Positions 1 to 8,747 of a DNA stretch of 64,000 nt are shown here, piece by piece. A model generated the notes under the pieces. That model searched no databases, was not told the origin of the DNA, and saw nothing but the letters and a program-made list of their open reading frames with translations. Each line of letters begins with the position of its first letter. Within the stretch, counting starts at the first letter, position 1. The stretch lies in IMG/VR virus record IMGVR_UViG_3300010998_000493. One strand, 5' to 3'. The DNA is from an uncultured virus (IMG/VR IMGVR_UViG_3300010998_000493) (taxonomy: Duplodnaviria > Heunggongvirae > Uroviricota > Caudoviricetes). The position numbers were made by a program, and so were the translations under genes.

Positions 1-10
1 AATGTAATCA

Positions 11-214
11 ATGGAACGTAAACGTTTGAACCGCTTGAAAGTGGTGCTGGCAGAAAAGAACATGACGAATAAACGTCTGGCAGAGTTGGTGGGTAAAGAT
101 CCAGCGATGGTGTCCAAATGGGTAACCAATGTGGCCCAGCCCAATGTTGAAATGCTCATTCTCATCTCAAAGTTATTGGAGGTGAGTGTGGACGATTTGT
201 TATGGACGGAATAG
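11..214 (+). CDS. XRE-family helix-turn-helix regulator
   Basis: NRLKVVLAEK..LAELVGK..VSKWVTN..QP HTH_3-type pattern. Confidence 0.9.
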   Translation: MERKRLNRLKVVLAEKNMTNKRLAELVGKDPAMVSKWVTNVAQPNVEMLILISKLLEVSVDDLLWTE

Positions 215-223
215 AATAAGGGT

Positions 224-448
224 ATGGATAAAAGGAAACAAGATATCGCCTACTTCGTATCGTTCTGCATCGAACAATACAAAAACGCAAAGCATCTGAC
301 TAGTGCTGAGACCATCGACTTGTTAAGTCATTACCAAGTGCTTGACTATCTGAGCGACCATTATGAGATACTTCATACTCAAAGCCGTCAGTGGTTATTG
401 GAAGACATTGACGAATTCATAAAGTTACGGAAGGAGAAAGAAATATGA
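224..448 (+). CDS. DUF3791-family protein
   Basis: FVSFCIEQY..YL..HYEILHTQS pattern; overlaps the next gene. Confidence 0.8.
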   Translation: MDKRKQDIAYFVSFCIEQYKNAKHLTSAETIDLLSHYQVLDYLSDHYEILHTQSRQWLLEDIDEFIKLRKEKEI

Positions 449-930
449 AGATATATCACGGAAGCATAGAAGTGGTTGAAAAGCCAGAACTCAGGCAATC
501 TAACCGCACACTTGACTATGGAAGTGGTTTCTATACCACCACGTCATTCAAACAGGCAGAAGACTGGGTGCGTAGGAGAATGAAGGAAAATGACGCAACG
601 CATGGTTATGTCAACACCTACGAACTTAAAGAATCAGCTATGCAGGCATTGAATTGCTTGATTTTTCCTGCTCCAACAGAAGAATGGGTTGACTTCGTGA
701 TGCAGAATCGCACGCAGAAAGGATTCACTCATTCTTTTGACATCGTGTACGGACCTGTTGCTAACGACCGAGTATATGCTGCTTTTGCCCTATACGAAGG
801 CGGATTAATCAACAAGCAGCAATTGATTGCAGAATTAAAGACATACAAGTTGGTTGACCAATACCTTTTCCATACAGAAGAGGCATTAAAGACGCTGACA
901 TTTATCGAAGCAAAGGAGGTGAAGATATGA
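445..930 (+). CDS. DUF3990-family protein (PARP/ADP-ribosyltransferase-like motifs)
   Basis: YHGS..DYGSGFYTT..DIVYGPVAND..QYLFHT motifs. Confidence 0.85.
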   Translation: MKIYHGSIEVVEKPELRQSNRTLDYGSGFYTTTSFKQAEDWVRRRMKENDATHGYVNTYELKESAMQALNCLIFPAPTEEWVDFVMQNRTQKGFTHSFDIVYGPVANDRVYAAFALYEGGLINKQQLIAELKTYKLVDQYLFHTEEALKTLTFIEAKEVKI

Positions 931-1145
931 ATTTGGAAATCAATCAGAGTAACCTTTATCTGCTCCTGCCATCAAAGGTGGCATGGATGGCCGAATGGCT
1001 TACAGAAGACAAAAATATCAGCATCGTTGAGGCGATAAAGATGATATACTCTTCCGATATGTACAAACGACTGGAAGATGAATCCACAAAAATGTGGCAC
1101 CTAGGACCGGTAGCACTATACCAAGAGCTGGTTGCCAATATATAA
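927..1145 (+). CDS. DUF3791-like small protein
   Basis: YSSDMYKRLEDESTKMWHLGP pattern; coupled to DUF3990 gene. Confidence 0.7.
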   Translation: MNLEINQSNLYLLLPSKVAWMAEWLTEDKNISIVEAIKMIYSSDMYKRLEDESTKMWHLGPVALYQELVANI

Positions 1146-1224
1146 ATTGATGTCAATTGTATACCATAAGAGCGATGTATGCTTACTTCTTACTATATTA
1201 AACAGGAAGTTAGATAAATAATAT

Positions 1225-1605
1225 ATGGATGAAAAGACTTTGGAATTTGTGACATATTGCATCGGAAAACTTTCCGCACTGCTTCAACTGCCACAGAAAG
1301 AAATATACAAACGGCTGAAGATATCGGGCATATTGTATGACTACATCGTACCCTCATACGATGTGCTGCACACATTCAGTACCCGGTATCTGATGGATGA
1401 TCTAACCGAGTATATGAGGGAGAAAGGAGTGCTGCCACTTGACAAGGCTACCGACATCTTTTATAGTTCTGAAACAGCTGGCATGATAGAGGGTGGTTTT
1501 GCCGATTTACACTACCGCTGTGACTGGTGTCTGGCTGAAGAAATTTTGAGGGAATATCAAGAAAGCAAGAACGAGACAGTTGGAGATAAATCTATGAACG
1601 TATAA
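1225..1605 (+). CDS. DUF3791-like protein, apparently two half-domains fused
   Basis: N-half FVTYCI..YIVPSYDVLHTFS; C-half FYSSET..ADLHYR resembles the other DUF3791 subtype. Confidence 0.65.
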   Translation: MDEKTLEFVTYCIGKLSALLQLPQKEIYKRLKISGILYDYIVPSYDVLHTFSTRYLMDDLTEYMREKGVLPLDKATDIFYSSETAGMIEGGFADLHYRCDWCLAEEILREYQESKNETVGDKSMNV

Positions 1606-1628
1606 CATATATTAGGCATATCAGGCGC

Positions 1629-2714
1629 ATGATTATGACAATACCACAGACAGAAGGGCTATCAACCAAAGCCATGAATCGCGTGTTTGACACGACAACG
1701 GCAACGTACAAATTCTATTGGCTCTTGGCGTTGCTGGACATGTGCGTCAAGGAGCAGAAGGATGAAATGCGGGCACTCGATGTGGCGGCTCGGATGGTTG
1801 CCTACGCTTGGTACCCGACCCAGTATTTCCGACTGTCGTTTGGCAAAGGCGATTCCATGTCGAAGATTATTCCCGATGTGGCTCTGTTGACAGGCATTAC
1901 GGTAGATGACAGGCTCGAAGACAAGAGTGAAGCCATCTCTAATGCCATCTCAGAGGACAGGGAGGTGAAGAAGAGGGTCAGGATTCTGTTGAATAATGTC
2001 CCTTTCCGCTTCCAGAAGCCTTGGATTGACACGACCGACGATTCCGAGATGCAACGTCGCAGCCAGTTGTTTGAGAATGATTGTCTGTACTCCCTGACGG
2101 GTAGTGGCGAAGGGCTTACGGTTACCATCAATCCGCGTTGGAGCAGTTATCTGACGACCAATTATGAGGTGCTTCGCGATTTTGCTTTGTGGAACCTCAC
2201 GTTGTTCTTGCAGTCGAAGAATCCCAACGTCCCGAACATATCCGGCAAGTTGCTTCGCCCGGAAGAGCGGGAGCCGCTGACCAGGCAGAAGAAGTTCTGG
2301 AACAAGGTCATCGAGATTGGCGGTCCCATCCGTTGTATATACAAGAACACGCCGCTTGGAAGGAATGAATATGACCTCGACCACTTCATTCCGTGGAGCT
2401 TTGTGTCGCACAATCAGAACTGGAACCTGATTCCTGCCGACGGCTCGTTCAACTCTTCCAAGAGCAACCGCATTCCCGACCTCGACTACTACCTCCCCAA
2501 GATGGCGAAGGTGCAGCACAAGGCTTTGCGTCTGTATATCCCACAAAGCGGGAAAAGGGACAACACTTTGGACGAGTATTATGCCTTAGGCTATTCCCCG
2601 CAGGACTTGATGCAAATGTCCGACGAGCAGTTCCTGGATGTATGCCGCAAGACTTTCTCCCCTCTTAGCCAAATGGCTGTCAATATGGGATTCCGAACCC
2701 TAAGCCCCCAATAA
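1629..2714 (+). CDS. HNH endonuclease domain protein
   Basis: CIY..YDLDHFIPWS..NWNLIP..NSSKSN HNH motif; N-terminal TYKFYWL domain. Confidence 0.85.
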   Translation: MIMTIPQTEGLSTKAMNRVFDTTTATYKFYWLLALLDMCVKEQKDEMRALDVAARMVAYAWYPTQYFRLSFGKGDSMSKIIPDVALLTGITVDDRLEDKSEAISNAISEDREVKKRVRILLNNVPFRFQKPWIDTTDDSEMQRRSQLFENDCLYSLTGSGEGLTVTINPRWSSYLTTNYEVLRDFALWNLTLFLQSKNPNVPNISGKLLRPEEREPLTRQKKFWNKVIEIGGPIRCIYKNTPLGRNEYDLDHFIPWSFVSHNQNWNLIPADGSFNSSKSNRIPDLDYYLPKMAKVQHKALRLYIPQSGKRDNTLDEYYALGYSPQDLMQMSDEQFLDVCRKTFSPLSQMAVNMGFRTLSPQ

Positions 2715-2716
2715 CT

Positions 2717-3580
2717 ATGGAACCAGAGAAGATAAACCATCCCTACCTCACGGCCATCAAGCGCACGGATTTCTCTGTGCCGACGCGATACCTCATGCAG
2801 CACAATCTGCTGAAGGGTAAAATACTCGATTTTGGATGCGGATTTGGTTTCGATACGGACGAACTCAAGAAACAGGGCTTTGACATTATCGGCTACGATT
2901 ACTACTACCGCCCGGACTTCCCTGAGGGCAAGTTCGACACCATCTTCTGCAACTATGTGCTGAACGTCTTGGAACCCTACGCCCAGGCCGAGGTGTTGAT
3001 GAATGTCGCCAACCTGCTTTCCCCCAAGGGTACGGCTTACTTTGCGGTACGGCGTGACCTGACGGAAGAGGGTTTCCGGCTCCACGCCATCCACAAGCAA
3101 TACACGTACCAATGCAACGTGAAATTGCCGTACAAGAGCCTCGTCAGCAATAAAAGCTACGAACTCTACCAATACAACCATTTCAATAAGCTTCCGCGCG
3201 TGGAAAGCGAGAAATGCCCATTTTGCCGTCTTTCCCGTCGGGTGGAAATCATCTGCGAGACGGCCACTTGTGTTGCATTCTATGACGGCTATCCTGTCTC
3301 CCCTGGGCATGCTTTGATTATACCCAAACGCCACGTAGCATCTTATCGCGATTTAACAAACCACGAAAAAGAGGCAATGATTGTGGTACAAGAATATGTC
3401 ATGAAGAAGATTGACGAGCGTTTTCACCCCGACGGCTACAACGTCGGCATTAATATTGGCAAGGCAGCGGGGCAATCGGTATTCCATTGCCACATGCACG
3501 TTATCCCCCGATACAAGGGCGACGTTCCCAATCCCAAAGGCGGGGTGCGTGGTGTGATTCCGAACAAACAAATGTATTAA
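2717..3580 (+). CDS. SAM-dependent methyltransferase fused to HIT nucleotide hydrolase
   Basis: ILDFGCGFG SAM motif and YVLNV; C-terminal CPFC..GHALIIPKRH..HCHMHVIPR histidine triad. Confidence 0.9.
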   Translation: MEPEKINHPYLTAIKRTDFSVPTRYLMQHNLLKGKILDFGCGFGFDTDELKKQGFDIIGYDYYYRPDFPEGKFDTIFCNYVLNVLEPYAQAEVLMNVANLLSPKGTAYFAVRRDLTEEGFRLHAIHKQYTYQCNVKLPYKSLVSNKSYELYQYNHFNKLPRVESEKCPFCRLSRRVEIICETATCVAFYDGYPVSPGHALIIPKRHVASYRDLTNHEKEAMIVVQEYVMKKIDERFHPDGYNVGINIGKAAGQSVFHCHMHVIPRYKGDVPNPKGGVRGVIPNKQMY

Positions 3581-3590
3581 TTCTAAATAA

Positions 3591-4643
3591 TTGTATTATA
3601 TGGGAAATCCAACATTACAATTGGCTGGGCAACTGTTACCCAACGGCTGGTATGTGAAAGAATTAATCTCTGAGCGTGAGAATGGCTCAGGAGGAAACTT
3701 TTCGGTTCAATACGTTGTAGAAAAAGAAGGAAAAGTCTTTTTCCTTAAAGCTATTGATATTTATAAGACACTTGTAGACATACCGCTTGACAAATTTACA
3801 TTAAAACTAAATGAACAATTATCTTTATACAATTTTGAAAAGCAACTATTAATGTATTGCAAGGATCATCATACATCAAAAATAGCATTAATTATTGATA
3901 GTGGTGAAATCAGATTACCCCAAGAAACGATACCAGTTCCTTATTTAATCTTTGAAATGGCAAGTGGGAATGCTAGAGATTTTGTTAGATTTTCTGATGA
4001 CTCTGATTTCGTTTGGAAAATGCAGTCTTTACACGACATAGCAGTAGGATTAATGCAATTACATAAAATCGGTATATCTCATCAAGATGTAAAACCTTCA
4101 AATATATTGGTGTTTAATAATTCGAATTCTAAATTAACTGATTTAGGAAGAAGTAAATGTACAGCATTTAATGGTCCTTTCGACTCTTTTGTTTTTTCTG
4201 GTGATATAACTTATGCCCCAATTGAGATTTTCTCAGAGTTTTCTTTTTTAACTACGGGCGCTATATATAATAAGGATTATGCAATTGATTTATATTTATT
4301 AGGTAATCTTATGACGTACTATTTAACAGGGTTAAACATGTCCGCTTTGATAAAGAAGCATTTGATTCCTTATGGATTTAGCCCTAAATTAGATGAAATG
4401 CGATCATTTGTTCTTAAAGCTTTTAATGAATCTGCAGAAGATGTTAGACTTTCCATATATTATGAAGAATTTAAAGAACCATTAATGGAAATAGTAACAA
4501 GTCTTTGTTGTCCTTTTCCAGATAAAAGAGGAGAAGTCGGGAATAATAAAAAATATACATTGGAGAGAATAGTCTCGAAATTAGATTGTTTAAGAGTAAA
4601 AGCAGAATATAATTTTAAGAAATATGGCTATATTAAGCGATAG
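3591..4643 (+). CDS. Hanks-type Ser/Thr protein kinase (ATG start probably 3600)
   Basis: GSGGNFS loop, LKA lysine, HQDVKPSNIL catalytic loop, DLG; AT-rich. Confidence 0.9.
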   Translation: MYYMGNPTLQLAGQLLPNGWYVKELISERENGSGGNFSVQYVVEKEGKVFFLKAIDIYKTLVDIPLDKFTLKLNEQLSLYNFEKQLLMYCKDHHTSKIALIIDSGEIRLPQETIPVPYLIFEMASGNARDFVRFSDDSDFVWKMQSLHDIAVGLMQLHKIGISHQDVKPSNILVFNNSNSKLTDLGRSKCTAFNGPFDSFVFSGDITYAPIEIFSEFSFLTTGAIYNKDYAIDLYLLGNLMTYYLTGLNMSALIKKHLIPYGFSPKLDEMRSFVLKAFNESAEDVRLSIYYEEFKEPLMEIVTSLCCPFPDKRGEVGNNKKYTLERIVSKLDCLRVKAEYNFKKYGYIKR

Positions 4644-6108
4644 AAATGAACGAAAAGTTATTCCAGTGTGGAATACTGTCAAATATAGCACAGAAGAATG
4701 TAGAGTCTTAACTAACATTAGTCTAGTGAAATATGATATATCAAAAAGCATCAAGGCATGGAATGAGAATCATCGTATTTCATATGCAGGTGACTTGATA
4801 TCTTCTGCAATAATATGTAACAATTTGGAAGACCCTGCTATCTTGGAAGCAGCAGATTACATCATTCAAAGCGAGGAAGAGGTTCCTGTTCCACTTATAG
4901 ATACTTGTAGAGAGTTACTGTCCCTGCCCACATTAAACCATGATAATTTATCATCAATTAAAGCTATTGCAAAACTTAAAATGTGGTTGATTAAATATCC
5001 AAGTGACGCTATAGCACATATTGAAATTGCACGGCTCTATTTGGTTTTAGGACAAATAGAAAAAGCAGAGAACCATATTAAATATGCCCTTTATATTGAC
5101 AGTAACAACAGGTATGTTGTAAGATGTGCTTGTAGGTTTTATATCCATATAAATCAAATAGGCCTAGCTATGCAGGTTATTAAGAAAAGTTCTTTATTAA
5201 AAGGTGACCCATGGCTTTTAGCTTCAGAAATTGCTGTTAATCAAGTGCTAGGTAAATCCTCTAAATACCTAAAAAGAGGTAAGGAAATTATAGATTCCAG
5301 GAGTTATCAACTTAGTGACATTACTGAACTCGCAAGCGCTATCGCTACTGAAGAATTTTTGTTTGGGAATATCAAAAAAAGTAAGAAGTTATTTAATACG
5401 TCACTTATTTCTCCTAATAGTAATAGCTTGGCTCAAGCTCAATGGTTTGTATCCAAAGAAAAGATTTATTTGGGTATAAAAATACCAAAGAATGACAAAT
5501 TTGATGAGAGCTTAAGTTTAGAATCAATGTATCAGCATAAATTCAAGGATGCACTAGTATACGCTAAGCAATGGATAAAAAAATATCCGTTCTCAACAAG
5601 AGCGATTTCTTTAGGTGACACAATTGCTACATTATTTCTACGTGATTACAAATCTAGTGAAACTATTTTGAGAGACGCAATGAAAACCCATCAACAGAAT
5701 GCATGGTTAGCTAATAATTTAGCTTATGCATTAGCACTTGACGGTCGAGTAGAAGAAGCAGAAATGGAAATAAATAAGGTTAACAAAAAATATTATAGAC
5801 CATCTTTAGCTACAGATATTTGTATTCAAGCGACAAAAGGTTTAATAGAATTTAAAAAGAAGAATATAGAAACTGGTATAGCATTGTATCATGAAGCCAT
5901 ACAATCAGCAAAATCGTTAAATGATTCTCAATTAGTTTATTCTGCTTTGTTAAATTTCTCACGTGAATTATTGACAATTGATTCATCATATGAAAAAAAG
6001 ACTATTGTCAAACAAATTATGTCTAGTATTCCTGAGATAGCAGACATGAATCCCCTATATAGCATATGGATGGATGTTAAGAATTTGCTAGAAACAGAAA
6101 AGAAATGA
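4624..6108 (+). CDS. Tetratricopeptide-repeat protein
   Basis: AHIEIARLYLVLGQIEKAE and NNLAYALALDGRVEEAE TPR-like helices; overlaps the kinase stop. Confidence 0.8.
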   Translation: MAILSDRNERKVIPVWNTVKYSTEECRVLTNISLVKYDISKSIKAWNENHRISYAGDLISSAIICNNLEDPAILEAADYIIQSEEEVPVPLIDTCRELLSLPTLNHDNLSSIKAIAKLKMWLIKYPSDAIAHIEIARLYLVLGQIEKAENHIKYALYIDSNNRYVVRCACRFYIHINQIGLAMQVIKKSSLLKGDPWLLASEIAVNQVLGKSSKYLKRGKEIIDSRSYQLSDITELASAIATEEFLFGNIKKSKKLFNTSLISPNSNSLAQAQWFVSKEKIYLGIKIPKNDKFDESLSLESMYQHKFKDALVYAKQWIKKYPFSTRAISLGDTIATLFLRDYKSSETILRDAMKTHQQNAWLANNLAYALALDGRVEEAEMEINKVNKKYYRPSLATDICIQATKGLIEFKKKNIETGIALYHEAIQSAKSLNDSQLVYSALLNFSRELLTIDSSYEKKTIVKQIMSSIPEIADMNPLYSIWMDVKNLLETEKK

Positions 6109-6150
6109 GCGATTTTTGGTCTTGACGTGGAGGGCGTCGAATTGTTTCTT

Positions 6151-6960
6151 TTATGATGTCGTAAACGTCTGTAATAGCAAGAAATACAATTTGCTTCCGA
6201 ATTTAATTTCGTGAGCAAAATCTATCATATTAGATTTAGCCAGAGAAGATTCACTTCCCTGGCTTTTCTTTTGGCTTGCTGTTCTCAAAATGTTCGTGTG
6301 CATAGCTGTACCCTTTAGACTGAACCATGTCATCGTAGCTGGTGATGGTAAGTCTGGATGAAGCTCTCGAACAATATCCTTGGTCATCTGATGCTGGACT
6401 ACAATGGCTCGCAAATCTTCGTTATATGCTTTCAGACGATTCACATTGACAACCTCATAGATGGTGAAGACGGTGAAAATAAGCGTCAAAATGATGTTTA
6501 TCCAGGCATAGACATTACGATACCATTTGTTGCTTGGTTCATAGAATACAATATGGATGTGCTCTTTTATTGTGTACCAAAGGTGTGTAAACTGATCCTT
6601 CAAAGATTTTGGCACATGATTATTATCATCTGGAATGGCGCAAGTTTTCTCGTGAATTGCCTTAAGCATCTCCCTGTTGGAGAGTTCCCCTTTATCGTGC
6701 AATTCCTTGATATAGGCATCTTCCTGTTCTTGGTTATAGATCCCCAAACCTTTATAGAGGAGAATGACCTTCTCACGGAACTCTTCTTCTGTCTTGAAAT
6801 GCAGGCCTTTGACCTGAATGTTCACTTTGGGCACAACTGGTTTGCATGGTTCTTTTTGTAAAGCTCCGATTGCAGCAGTCAGATTATCAAGTTTGGTGCA
6901 TATGTCATCGAGTGACATCACGGGTTCGTCCTTTAATGGAGTAGGTTTATTCTTTGCCAT
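6151..6960 (-). CDS. Membrane-anchored mobilization-region protein (possible frameshift near 6350)
   Basis: Directly follows the relaxase; one hydrophobic segment WINIILTLIFTVFTIY. Confidence 0.55.
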   Translation of the reverse strand: MAKNKPTPLKDEPVMSLDDICTKLDNLTAAIGALQKEPCKPVVPKVNIQVKGLHFKTEEEFREKVILLYKGLGIYNQEQEDAYIKELHDKGELSNREMLKAIHEKTCAIPDDNNHVPKSLKDQFTHLWYTIKEHIHIVFYEPSNKWYRNVYAWINIILTLIFTVFTIYEVVNVNRLKAYNEDLRAIVVQHQMTKDIVRELHPDLPSPATMTWFSLKGTAMHTNILRTASQKKSQGSESSLAKSNMIDFAHEIKFGSKLYFLLLQTFTTS

Positions 6961-6962
6961 AG

Positions 6963-8033
6963 TTATCTTCCTTTTCTGCGATATGTTTTACGATTCTTGT
7001 TCTTATACTTTTCATCATCGTCATCATCTCTCCATCCACCAGATGAACTTCCACCGCCAGATGGCGTGGGTGCTACATGAGGTTGCAACAGAACTTCTGC
7101 AATGGCGGATCCTATGCCGTTACCAGATGAAGAGCTGTCTTCATGGTCATTTGTGTGAGTGAAGTCGAAGGCATCTTCTATTCCAGAGGCTGATGTGTCT
7201 TGACCGTATTCCTCGGTAATATGGGTAATATGAGTAATATACTCTTGTTCGTGATGCGGATATAAATATGGTTGGTCATTCGGATCATCGTTGATTTGGT
7301 AGATATCGTACATCTGCCTGTCGATGTTGCCGAATGTCAGCGAACGGTCAATCTTTCCACCTGCGAAAGTGACTTCATGCTTGTTATCTGTGAAGGTCAC
7401 CCCACGTACGCTGCCATCGCTGTTGCGGACGAAATCCAGCGAAATTCCTTTTTCTGACAAAGCCTTTCGGAGCTGCTGCCAAGTGATGCAGTCCTTCAAG
7501 ACTGCGGTGATGGTGTCATAGAGGTGGTACTTGATGGCATCCTTTCCCGTAAGGCGGTCGCGTCGGACGTTCTTCTTGCCCTTGCCAAAGGTTAGTCCAT
7601 ACTTTCTGGTCAAAGCCTTGGTGATGGCTGCCGACTTGGAAAAGCTGCAGTCACCTTTGATGATATTACCATCATTATCGACTCGGTTATAAACGATGTG
7701 AACGTGAGGGTGTGGCTGGTCCTGATGCCTGAAGATGACATATTGCGTATTGATGATGCCCATCCTTCGCATATATTCTTGAGCAATCTTTGCCATCAGC
7801 TCATTATCCACCTTGTCTTTATCCTCAGGAGAAAAACTGAGCGATATATGACCAACGAAATCCTTCACACCAGAGTGGGTCTTTGCCTGTACTTTGAAAC
7901 TGGCAGTGATGGCTGCATTGGATGCGAGGCTTACTCCATCGGATGCCACAACCACCGCATCTTTCTTCTCGATGTCGTTGGCATAGTTGACTAAGCCACC
8001 AAAATTATTTCCGGGATGTATCTTTGCTATCAT
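6963..8033 (-). CDS. Relaxase/mobilization nuclease (MOB-P type)
   Basis: MIAKI..G..F.GLVNY, HISLSF, H.D..HPHVHIVYNRVD HUH motif. Confidence 0.92.
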   Translation of the reverse strand: MIAKIHPGNNFGGLVNYANDIEKKDAVVVASDGVSLASNAAITASFKVQAKTHSGVKDFVGHISLSFSPEDKDKVDNELMAKIAQEYMRRMGIINTQYVIFRHQDQPHPHVHIVYNRVDNDGNIIKGDCSFSKSAAITKALTRKYGLTFGKGKKNVRRDRLTGKDAIKYHLYDTITAVLKDCITWQQLRKALSEKGISLDFVRNSDGSVRGVTFTDNKHEVTFAGGKIDRSLTFGNIDRQMYDIYQINDDPNDQPYLYPHHEQEYITHITHITEEYGQDTSASGIEDAFDFTHTNDHEDSSSSGNGIGSAIAEVLLQPHVAPTPSGGGSSSGGWRDDDDDEKYKNKNRKTYRRKGR

Positions 8034-8036
8034 AGT

Positions 8037-8393
8037 TTATCTTTCACTTATTCGTATTATTACTTCATTGATTTCATTTGCCAGATGCTGCACACGCTCT
8101 TCCATTTGGGAGAAATGATGGATGTGTGCCTCATGTGCAAGCTGATTCAGGTTATTCGCCATGCCAGCCAATGAGCGAAGCAGAGAAGCTTCCTCTTTGG
8201 ATATGGGTTCCTTGATATAACCGTTGACAGCCAACTCGTAAACCAACGTGGAGAGAGACATGCCTGTACGCCTTCGCTTGTTCAACAGTTTCTTGTAACT
8301 TTGTTCATCGAAATATACTTTTACAGGAAAAAGGCGTTTCTCACTTTCTGGTTTCTTCGGGCGACCGCCTTTGTTTGGTGTTTGGGGGTGCAT
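8037..8393 (-). CDS. mobC: MobC relaxosome accessory protein
   Basis: GGRPKK..LAGMANNLNQLAH motif; start at 8393 chosen so the gene clears the oriT. Confidence 0.85.
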   Translation of the reverse strand: MHPQTPNKGGRPKKPESEKRLFPVKVYFDEQSYKKLLNKRRRTGMSLSTLVYELAVNGYIKEPISKEEASLLRSLAGMANNLNQLAHEAHIHHFSQMEERVQHLANEINEVIIRISER

Positions 8394-8445
8394 AGTTATA
8401 AAATGGCTATGTGGATATTTGGTATTTTCGGCTTTTTTGAGCCGT

Positions 8446-8475
8446 GGTTTTGTGGGACGCAAAACCTATACTTGC
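8446..8475. other. Putative oriT (inverted repeat plus nic-like site)
   Basis: GGTTTTG(8446-8452)/CAAAACC(8460-8466) immediately followed by TATACTTGC, upstream of mobC. Confidence 0.55.
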
Positions 8476-8747
8476 TCCCCCAAACACTATAAAAACCACC
8501 CTTTGGGTTATTGTATAGGGAAGAGCTGCTACGCCGTAATGTGCAGGAGCGTAGTCGACCTGGCTGCCCATGATTTGATGCTACTTTTTCCATGCTTTTG
8601 AGTCCTTTTTTTATTGGCAGATAAGAATTTCCTTTTTTGCGTGGGTAAATAATTATTTGATGAAATGTTGAATATTGTTGAGGGAAACAGGAGCCATAAT
8701 TGCTTATAGCAAAGTCTTTTAGGCTCTTTAGTCAACAATTCAACAAA

